Source: Mobula hypostoma
Lineage: Eukaryota
Direction of reading: 5' to 3'
NCBI RefSeq assembly: GCF_963921235.1
Contig: NC_086097.1
Coordinates: 128,838,001 to 128,902,000, forward strand
DNA length: 64,000 nucleotides
Below are positions 12,560 to 22,469 of this stretch, in pieces. The translations under genes and the position numbers were made by a program. The number at the start of each line of letters is the position of its first letter. Position 1 is the stretch's first letter. A model generated the notes under the pieces. The model was not told where the DNA came from and ran no database searches. It saw nothing but the letters and a program-made list of their open reading frames with translations.

Positions 12560-13265
12560 AGATACAATCAGAACCAAGTTTATCAGAACCGGCATGTGTC
12601 ATGAAATTTGTTAACTTAGTGGCAGCTGAACGTTGCAATACGTGGTAAATATAGACATAAATGTATATAGATATGAATAACCATAAGGGCACGAGGGCAT
12701 GTCCTGGGTGATGGGGGTCCTTACTAATGGACGCCGCCTTTCTGAGGCACTGCAACTTGAAGATGCCTTGGATATTACAGAGGCCATTACACGAGATGAA
12801 GTTAATTGCAACTATCTGTAGCTTCTTTTGGTCCTGTGCAGTAGCAACTCATGCCCACCCCCCCAACTCAGTACGAGACAGTGGTGCATCAAGAGTGCTC
12901 TCCATGATATATTTATAGAAGTTTTAAAATGTTTTAGGTGACAAACCAAATCTCTTTGAACTCCTAATGAAACATAGCTGTTGCCTTGCCTTCTTTATAG
13001 CTGCATCGATATGTTTGGTCCAGGTTAGATTCTCAGAGATCTTGACATCCAGGGATTTGAAATTGCTCACTCTCTCCACTTCTGAATCCTCTGTGAGGAT
13101 TGGTTTGTGTTCCCTCGTCTTACCCTTCCTGAAGTCCACAATCAGCTCTTTCATCTTACTGACTTTGAGTGCAAAGTTGTTGCTGCAGCACCACTCCACT
13201 AGCTGGTATAATTCGCTACGGTACACCCTCCCATCTCCGTCTGAGATTCTACCCACAATGGCTGG
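12560..13265 (-). mobile_element. Rex1/Babar LINE fragment
   Basis: ORF 12924-13292 IVGRISDGD...KELIVDFRK...KKARQQLCFIRS; ORF 12432-12755 CLRKAASISKDPHHPGH. Confidence 0.85.
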
Positions 13266-13488
13266 TGGTGGGTCCTGTTCTTGTTGGATCAATCAGAATA
13301 GAGACGTACAGGACTTACCCACATGGGCCAATGAATTTGGAATTCTCAGACTTACACAGAAAACCGAGTCTTGCTGAGACTCCCCATTGCTCTATTTATC
13401 TAATCACTGTAATTATAAAACACTGTTTTTGCCATAGAGCTACTTTCAATAGCATTATTTAAATTGCATTAAATCCCCTCTCTTGAGA

Positions 13489-14683
13489 ACACTCAGTGGC
13501 CTCTTTATTTGGTATCTCCTGTGGAATCCTGTGTGGTCTCCTGCTGATGCTGTAGCTCATCCACTTCAAGATTCAAAGTGTGCATTTAGAATTGCTCTTT
13601 GGCACGCCACTGTTGCAACACGTGGTTATTTGAGTTACTGTTGCCTTCCTTCCAGCTTGAGCCAGTCTGGCCATTCTCCTCTAACTGCTCTCATTAATGA
13701 GGTGAACTGGCGCTCACTGGATGTTTTCCGTTTTCCGCACTATTCTATGTGAACTCTAGATATTATTGTGTGAAAATCCCAGGAGAGCAACAGCTTATGA
13801 GATACTCAAACTACTAATCATTCCACAGTCAAAGTCACTTAGATCACATTTCTTCCCCAGTTTGATGTTTGCTGTGATAAGCAACCAAACTTCTTGACCA
13901 TGTCTAAATACTTCTGTGCATTGAGTTTCTGCCACACGATTAGCTGATTAGATTGTGAGAACACTCAGTCCTCATTTATTGTCATTTAGAAATGCATACA
14001 TGCATTAAGAAATGATACAATGTTTCTCCAGAGTGATATCACAGAAAACAGGACAAACCAAAGACTAACACTGACAGAACCACATAATTATAACATATAG
14101 TTACAGCAGTATAAACCAATACCATAATTTGATAAAGAGCAGACCATGAGCACAGTAAAAAAGTCTCAAGTCCTGATCGATTCCCGAGTCCCCGATAGCA
14201 GGCGGCAAAAGGGAGAAACTCCCTGCCATAAACCTCCAAGGCTCCAACAACTGCCGATGCCTTGGAAGCAGCCGACCACAGCCGACACTGAGTCCATCCG
14301 TCCGAAAACTTCAAGCCTCCAACAAGCCCCTCTGATACAGCCTCCCAAGCGCCATCCTCTGCTGAGCGCATTCGACATAGCCCCGGCCGCCAAAACAAGC
14401 AAAGCCGAGGATTCAGGGCCTTCTGCTCTGGAGATTCCGGTTACCACACAGTAGCAGCGGCAGCGAAGCGGGCATTTCAGAAGTTTCTCCAGACGTTCCT
14501 CCGTCTTCTCACGTCTGTCTCCATCAAATCAGAATTGTGCACGGTCCCCTACTTAGAATACAGATATCATTCACCAGAGAGGCCGCACGCGCTGCGTCGC
14601 GCCGCCATCTTCTCCTCCTCCTCTAGATATTTGCATTAACAAACAGGTGTACAAATGTATCTGATAAAGTGGACACTGAGTGT
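13489..14683. mobile_element. Tc1/mariner-derived non-autonomous element with a nested insertion
   Basis: Imperfect terminal inverted repeats CACTCAGTGGCCTCTTTAT (~13490) and ATAAAGTGGACACTGAGTG followed by TA (~14663-14683). Confidence 0.65.
13952..14623 (-). mobile_element. CpG-rich non-autonomous retroposon nested in the Tc1 derivative
   Basis: Minus-strand 5' end GAGGAGGAGGAGAAGATGGCGGCGCGACGCAGCG; AT-rich 3' tail with AATAAA; TAGAT on both sides; host sequence resumes at 14624. Confidence 0.6.
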
Positions 14684-16679
14684 ATGTCCGTAGCTAACTT
14701 TTAAGCCAATACCTTTCTTCAAATGAAAAATGACATGCTGTCCTATTATAATAAGTGTTGCAAATAGTGCACTTTATGAAATGTGAATAAATTTTGAGCA
14801 GAGACTCAAAAGGGAAAACTATTTTCCCAAATCTCGGTACAATTTTGGCTACCATTATCAGCTGTGTCACCTTAGGGAACCTAAACAGGAGCATTGCCCA
14901 GTATTTCTAACTCTGATATTCATGCAAGCTTCCTATTCTTGCGGGACATTGCAAACTTGATTTAAAAAAAGCGATCCATTTGATTCTTCTGATTAACTTC
15001 CATTCAAAGGCTCTGACGTGCTGATTTAATAAATCAAATAAATTAAACAATATTGATGAAATGGTGGAGTTCACCTTACACCCCTCCCCACAAAATGGGC
15101 AGCAACCAGTATGTAATTTAGTAATTCAACATGATCAATTGTATTTAATAAAACATGCTCACAAGTTCTCCAAAGTACAGTGTGATATAGATTTTCTGCA
15201 CAGCATAATTTTCTAATGACCTTACAGTTAATGAAATATATATTGAGGTTTTCTTTCCATGTCACTGATGTGCATAATTAAAGGGTAAATAATATAGCCA
15301 CAAATAATTTATACATTTTCTGCCAATCACTGTAGCTTCCAGCAATTTTGTATCTTATTTAAAAAGGTTATTTGTATTCAAATATTAATATGTTCAATAC
15401 TCTGAAATAGGGTTGGGCTCAAGGATTTAAAACTGCGTGTATATGACTGGGATACATCAGCCGGTGTTTTGTGGGAAAACAGGAAAACCTAGAACTGTTA
15501 TTTCGTCCCATGTCATATTGAAATGGGGCCAAACTTCTTGATATCCAAAGTATTTTCCAGCCACTGATGGACAGTTTTAAAGCATACTCACTCTCCTAAT
15601 GCACACAACAATGAATATAAACTGTGCACAGCAACCACCCTGAAACAACAGTGTGAAAACCATCAGATGAGCAACTTTGAGTGAGGAATAACTCTCTATA
15701 CCGTGTGTAAATGGAATGAGCTGTCTGAGGTGATGGTAGAGGCAGGTACCATATTTAAAAGTAATTTGGACTGGTTCATGAATTGAAAAGGATTAGTGGG
15801 ATATAAGACAGTAAGACAAGAGCGGAATTAGGCCATTCAGCCTATCAAGTCTGCTCCATCATTCGATCATGGCTGATTTATTTTCCTCTCAAAAGTATTC
15901 CCTTGCCTTCCCCCATAACTTTTAATGCCCTTACTAATTAAGAAACTATCAACCTCCACTATAAATATACCCGTATGGATTCCTGTCTCTCAGCATGTCC
16001 CCTGGGCATATGAATCATAGGTAGTTTTGACAGCACTGACACGACCCCACGTACTATAGCTATCTTTAAGTTGTGTTTTTTTTTCCGTATTCCATCTATC
16101 CATCTGCCCTTTGGGCCATCAGCTTTCTGCTGGCCTTGGTCTTAAGGGGTCTGTCGAACATGTTCTCCAGGCATGGTGGCGCTTCCAGTGCAAGAATGTT
16201 TTCTTGTTCGTGGCTAGCCAGTCATTCTCATCAAACCAATACAGGTAGATTCTCAGAGAGAAGCAAAGAGTTTTCTTGCAGCTGCTAATTATAGTTGACG
16301 CCAGAGCCATTCAGAAGAGTTGACACTCTGCAGCTCCAATAGGTTAGGAATCCTGAGGTCATTTGTGAGGCACTGCTGAGAAAAGGTTTCTTTACAGTGT
16401 TTACATAGATTTCCTTCTGATAGCAGTTGTGTTGGGGCAAGTTGATGGAGGAACAGGGTTTCAAAGGGAATAGTTCCTATTCCTCACTGATAATGCTCGA
16501 CCTGTTGAGTTCCCCATTAGATTGTTCATTGATGGAGATGCAGGGTTGTTAGTCAATGGTCACTCCAAAAGATATTGCAACTTGATAAAATATAGGTGAT
16601 GTGGATTAGATATGTCCCCATTACATGATGTGTTTAGCTCTCTTGTGGAACCTGGTGTTGGTAATCTACAACTGGACCC

Positions 16680-17720
16680 TTGACTTTCCCACTGGCAACC
16701 TCAGTCAATGAGGATTGGTTACAACATCTCCTTGTTGACCATCAACGCAGGTGCACTTCAAGACTGCATGTTTAGCATGCTGCTCTACCCCCTATACACA
16801 CATTTATGTGGCTAAGCATGGATCCAATGCCATATACAAACTCAGTGACAACATCACTCTTGCTGCATGAATCAGAGGTAGCAATGAGTCAGGGTAAAGG
16901 AATGAGATAGGATACTAGGTTGAGTGGTACTGCAATGAGAACAATCTCTTGCTGAGTGTCAGTAAAAGTAAAGAGCTGATTGTTGATCTCGTGAAGAGAA
17001 AGGAGAGCAAATGTGTGCACTCTACAGTGGTGAATCAGTGATGGAAAAGGTCAGCAGCTTTAAATTCTTGGGTGGTAACATCGTGGATGAGCTATCCTGC
17101 ATCCATACACAGGTGTAATCACAGGGAAGGCACGCGAGCATCTCTACTTTCTTAGAAGGTTAAGAAGGATTAGGATGTCATCTTCAACAGATGTACTGTT
17201 TGAAAGCCGCAATATGGTCTGGTAGGACATTCAAGTGTGCAAGAACATCAGAGAGTAGTGGACTCATCCCTGTATATCAAAGGCATATTCTTCCCCATGA
17301 CCAGTAGTTTTTACATGCGGTGCTGCTTCAGGAAGGGCAACATCGTCATCAAAGAGCTCCAGCATCCAGGCCATGCCATCTTCTCACAGCTACCATCAGG
17401 CAGGAGGTATAGAAGCCTAAAGTCCAACACCAACAGGTTCAGAAACAGCTATTGGCTTTCAACCATCTGGTTCTTGTACCAACCAGCATAACCCTAATCA
17501 CTACCTCAGTACAGCAATACTGTGATCACCTCGATTACTCTCAACTACAATGATTTTTTTGTTCTAGTTGTGTTTATTCTTTTATACTTTTGTGTAATTT
17601 ATACTCTTCTTGTGAATGTTGTGTATCAGATGTTATGTGTTGGTGATGCTGCTGCAACTAATTTTTCATTACACCCATGCATTCTTGAGCATATGACAAT
17701 AAGCTCAACTTTGACAATAT
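16680..17720 (+). mobile_element. Decayed Rex1/Babar LINE
   Basis: Degenerate GAPQGC..PLLY, KELIVD and FKFLG motifs; ORF 17237-17491 HPGHAIFSQLPSGRRYRSLK. Confidence 0.8.
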
Positions 17721-17799
17721 CAAGTTACAAGCAGTTTGTAAGAAGGGCTTCTTTGGAATACATTATCCTCTTCCATCCTTGCTAATAATGTCCTTTCAG

Positions 17800-18200
17800 A
17801 GGACTGATGGAGACAATGGAAAATCCTTCTTAAGTTGGACTGCCTTCGAAATCTCCCTCCATCTTCCACTTGCTGCATGTTGGCTGGCATGACATGATCT
17901 TCATCAATGAGTCTGTACCAGGCCCCATCTTACTGCAGAGCAGCCCCATGAAAATCTGTATCATCGCCCCAAATTCAGTCAAACTTCCTTGCAAAAACAT
18001 TGCACATCATCTCCAACACACTTCCCTCTAGAATGGAACTAATCTGCAAAAAGAGAACCTTCTCAACCATTGTTACTTCTCAGGTCACAAGATTCTCAGT
18101 CACCCAGTGCACAGACAATGCTTGTGGGTACACATATCCCAGAGTAGAAATCATCAACCACTTGTCCACTGAACCCTTCAAGGGAATGAGCCTTACATTT
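17800..18200 (+). mobile_element. Old RTE-type LINE 3' fragment
   Basis: CTDNACGYTYPRVEIINHLS resembles the RTE C-terminal C..CGR.C.SRIGL.SHLRTH motif; a clearer copy (NCKSHSNLISHLRTH) lies at 21818-21960. Confidence 0.4.
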
Positions 18201-18255
18201 AGCAAAATAACAGTCAAAAAAAGTATCTCGTGCTTTCCCGGCATGTATGGCAAAC

Positions 18256-18412
18256 AAACTTTTCTCAGGCTTTCAGCTGGGTACAGGTATTGATTATAAC
18301 CGATGTTTCGATAACAAACTCTGCCATCTTCAAACCTTGAAGAAGATGGCAAAGTTTGTCATCGAAACGTCAGTTATAATCAATTACCCAGTTGGAATCC
18401 CCAGAAGAGTTT
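18256..18412. mobile_element. Second family of palindromic Penelope-type element with a hammerhead-like motif
   Basis: Inverted arms around AACC-UUGAAGA-A-GAUGGCAAAGUUUGUCAUC-GAAA-CGUC-AGUU (18333-18375). Confidence 0.6.
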
Positions 18413-18865
18413 AAAGTAACAGTCCTCTATCAAAGGTTCCAGCTGAGCAACATTGCCCTTTGGCAATACAGTAGGCTTACTGTCCTCTGTAAATTGCTGT
18501 AGTGCAACGGTCCCCAACCATCGGGCCGCGGACCGGTACCAGGCCGCGAGGAAATGATACGAGTCAGCTGCACCTTTCCTCATTCCCTGTCACGCACTTT
18601 TGAACTTGAACATAGGGTTGCCAAATGTCCCGTATTTGCCGGGACATCCTGTATATTGGGCTAAATTGGTTTGTCCCATATGAGACCGCCCTTGTCCCAT
18701 ATTTCCCCCGCTAAGGTAGAACGTTCCTATGAAACCTTTCGTGCCAAAATGGCATAAAGTGAAGAAGCAATTACCATTAATTTATATGGGAAAAATATTT
18801 GAGTGTTCCCAGACCCAAAAAATTACCTACCAAATCATACCAAATAACACATAAAACCTAAAATA

Positions 18866-20497
18866 CAAGTTTCCCTCGCCATCCGAAGGTACAGCGATCC
18901 TATGAAACGGTTCATAAGCCGGAATGTCGTAAAGCGAAGAAGCAATTACCATTTATTTATATGGGAAAATTTTGTGAGCGTTCGCAGACCCCAAAATAAC
19001 CTACCAAATCATGCCAAATAACACATAAAACCTAAAATAACAGTAACATATAGTAAAAGCAGGAATGATATGATAAACACACAGCCTATATAAAGTAGAA
19101 ATACTTTTCCACAATCATTGCCGGCACTGTTCTCCATAGCAAAAATCTCACCCAAGCGCTCTCAGCAGAAAATCTCACACAAGCACTGATGGCAAAAACA
19201 CACTCTCCAGTAACCTTTAAGCTATGAAGCTGCCAAATCATACCAAATAACACATAAAAATACACAGCCTATATAAAGTAGAAATAATGTATGTACCGTG
19301 TAGTATCACTTATGGGAATCGGGAAGATAGTGCCGAGCACACTGATGATGGTGTGTTAGGCTGAGTCGTCAGAGTTTGGGGTAGTGCAGTGGCCCCCACC
19401 CTCCAGGCCGCCGATGGATACCGATCCGCGAAGCAAGCAGGGGTACAGCGGTGGCCGGGACGCACTCAGCACATCTTTAAGAAAAAAGCCGAAATAAACT
19501 AGCTAATTAATTAGGTGCCGCCTGGCATGTAAATGTCAGCCCAGATCAGAGGCAATGCAATTGGCAATCGCCTCTGATCTGGGCCAACAATTATGTGCTG
19601 GGCAGCACCTAATTAATTAGCTTGTTTATTTCGGCTTTTTTCTTAAAGGTGTGCTGGGTGCCTCTCGGCTACCGCTGCATTCTCCGCGAATCGGTATCTG
19701 TCCGCAGCCTGGGGGTTGGGGTGGTGGGACACTGGGCTGTCATCTCATCGTCATCTGTTTCCATTAGGGCAGGCAGCTCATCTTCTCCTATGACTGCCCG
19801 CCTCGATGTTGAAGGTCGAGGTTTGTCGTCTGCTGTAGCTGATGTGGAAGGCTTGCTTGACTGCTGAACCTCGCACATTTTTAGATCATACAGTTCTTTG
19901 TAAGCACCAAACCATCTTGCAAATATGCCCTAAACTGACGTACTCTTTCAAAATTAAAGTCGTACTTTATCATTGCAGCGAAAATCTCACGCAGTTGCTT
20001 CACGTTCAGTTCCTGGACGACTTCACCTTCGCTACTGCATTCGGTTTTGATTGTTATCCTTTCCTCTTCCAATTGCATCAGCTCTTCATCTATCAGTTCT
20101 TGGTCATGTGATGCCAAAACCTCTTCAACATCATCTTTGTCAGCTTCCACAAGCCAAACTCACTTTGTCCTTACTTCGTTCACCACGATTGAAACGCTTA
20201 ATTATGTCTAGTTTTATGCTAAGTGCAACACCCTTACGAACTCTTTTAGGCTTTTCCAATACCTTAGAACTCATCTTGCTAATGGCTGCTCACAGGCACG
20301 TGTTTAAGCAATGCCGGCTAGAATGCCGTTCCGAATCCGGGGGAGAGCGGCTGCTCGGGCGCGCGCTGCTTTTTTCGCGCGCTGCCTTTCTTCATAACAG
20401 TGAAAACACCTTCTGTTAGCGAAAACAGGTAACTAATGTAGGTCTTTCGTAACAGTGAGGTTTTGTAAAGCGAACGTTCGAAAAGCGGGGACACCTG
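18866..20497 (-). mobile_element. Tigger/pogo element, internally deleted (no DDE domain)
   Basis: TA on both sides; imperfect TIRs CAAGTTTCCCTCGCCATCCGAAGG / CAGGTGTCCCCGCTTTTCGAACG; N-terminal MSSKVLEKPKRVRKGVALSIKLDIIKRFNRGE (HTH) abuts acidic C-terminus DDVEEVLASHDQELIDEELMQLE. Confidence 0.85.
19388..19734. repeat. ~350 bp imperfect palindrome inside the Tigger element
   Basis: AAGAAAAAAGCCGAAATAAACTAGCTAATTAATTAGGTGC pairs with GCACCTAATTAATTAGCTTGTTTATTTCGGCTTTTTTCTT; innermost GCCCAGATCAGAGGC / GCCTCTGATCTGGGC; centre near 19560. Confidence 0.9.
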
Positions 20498-22469
20498 TAA
20501 CACTAACATATAGTAAAAGCAGGAATGATATGATAAATACACAGCCTATATAAAGTAGAAATAATGTATGTACAGTGTAGTGGGGAAGATTAAGCCAAAA
20601 CCAGTTTGTGGAAAAAAATCAGCACGTACGCGCATGCGCACATCACATATGCGCACGTCACGCATGCACACACAGGTGCCCGCACAAGGCTTCATGGTCA
20701 TGGTAGTCTTTCTCGGGGTAAACACAAGTGTCCTGTATTTGACTGCTGCTTTTGTCCCTCATTTGGGAGTGAGAAAGTTGGCAACCCTAACTGTAAAAGA
20801 CATGTTGAGGTGAGTTTAACCCTACTTGAACTACCACCCCCGCCCCCGGTTGGCCGGTCCGATGGCCCGCAAGAATATTGTCAATATTAAACCGGTCCGC
20901 AGTGCAAAAAAGGTTGAGGACCCCTGCCCTAGTGTGTAGGTGAGTGATACAATCTGGGGGAAGTTGATAGAAAGGTGGGAGAAAATAAAAATGGGATTAA
21001 TGTAGGATTAATGTAAATAGTTAATGGATGGCCAGCACACGGTCGATGGACCAAATGGCCTGTTTCCATGCTGTATATTTCTATGACTCTATGACAAGAC
21101 TCATAAGGCATGGACAGGTCCCCATATCCCGGGAGCCACAGCACAGCAAAGGCTATTGATGATGAAATCCATCAATATTGCATTATTTGAGACATAGAGT
21201 TATAGAGTTGCACAGGACAGAAACAGTCCCTTGCTCCCAATGGCAACCATCATGTCTATCTAATACTAAACCCACTTGCTTGCATCAGTTCTATATTCCT
21301 TTGTGACTTGCCCAGAAAATCCTCTCCAGATGCCTCTTTGATGCTCCCTTTCCTAACTACTTGAGGAAAAGAGTATTAGAAGATTCAACACTTCAAAACT
21401 GCTTCAAAGGTCATGGTTTGTCTTGCTGCCGCAGCATTTTTAAGACATGCTATATTTACAGTGGGCTTCTCAACAACGTCTCCACAAAATTCTCCAAATC
21501 CACTGACAGGATAAGTAAGTCAACATCAGCCAACAAATCCAGTGCTGAAGCTCTGATCATGCTCAACAGGCTCTCGTTTATATGGGCAGTCTCTCAAAAC
21601 AGGCACTCTCTTCCAACTTTTGCCAGGCAATAAATTAGCAAAAAGACAAAGGAAACAATTCAAACTTGTTCTCAATGCCTCACTGAATATCTGTAAAATC
21701 CCCACCTATTCCTGGAAATCTCTGGCCAATAATCACTCAGAATAGGGAAGGGTTATTCAGGACGGCATTGAGGACTTCAAGCCCCTTGGTTGGGTACTCA
21801 GAGGTCCTGAATAGCAGGTGGTATCTCCTAAATCACCCACCTGCTTGTCCTATAAAGTACTTCATACATCACCTGTGGTTAACTGCAAATCTCACAGTAA
21901 CCTCATCAGCCATCTTAGAACCCACAGCGTGGAAACAGGTCATCCTCAAACCAAGAACCTACCTAGGACAGGAAGAAAATTATTTAAAAGGAAAATAATC
22001 TACATGTGTAAAGACCAGAACTTATGTACCATAAAACCACAGAATTAAAACAAATAAGAACTGAATGTGCAGACGCTACTATTTGTTTAAAGGTTTTAAA
22101 CACTAGAGAGAATAGACATTTAAAACATAACGCGTTCAACCAAAGCCAACTCATGTAATGTTGCCGTTGAATCTTTCCAGCTAGATTTCAGTTGACAAAA
22201 AGCATGTTCAGGCAAGCAATGCTATTTCCCAGTCTGCCAAACTGTATTTTGGAGAAAGACAATGAGAGAAATAGATTGGTAGAAACAGGTGTTGCTTTGA
22301 GATGTGATGCAACAGAATGTTAAACCATACTTGAATGGCACCTCTTAAAAACACATCAATTTCATTTCAAAGTGTTTTCAAATTGGTGAGTTGGCAAAGA
22401 TAATTATTGTATTTCAGTTGCGTTAGAATAGTTAGTGGTCTGTTTAGGTTGATGTTATAGCATATTCAG

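Larger units (their letters stand above)
18613..20824. mobile_element. hAT (Blackjack/Tip100-like) non-autonomous element nested in the Charlie-like element
   Basis: TAGGGTTGCCAA at 18613 with a perfect inverse at 20778-20789; a second AACCCTA end at 20824 is followed by CTTGAACT, matching the left flank CTTGAACA (7/8). Confidence 0.6.
18505..20926. mobile_element. hAT-Charlie-like non-autonomous DNA transposon (outer layer of nested stack)
   Basis: TIRs CAACGGTCCCCAACC and GGTTGAGGACCCCTG; 8-bp flanks CTGTAGTG / CCCTAGTG (6/8 match, TAG core); inserted in a SINE tail. Confidence 0.75.

Noticed and set aside
13484..13969. 14-bp direct repeat TGAGAACACTCAGT at ~13484 and ~13956 as a TSD
   Set aside because: One copy overlaps the Tc1-like TIR and the other lies in the tail of the nested retroposon; they do not bracket a coherent element.
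19669..20283. Domesticated TIGD/CENP-B-like gene
   Set aside because: The catalytic domain is deleted, the frames are broken, and TIRs plus the TA duplication are still present.
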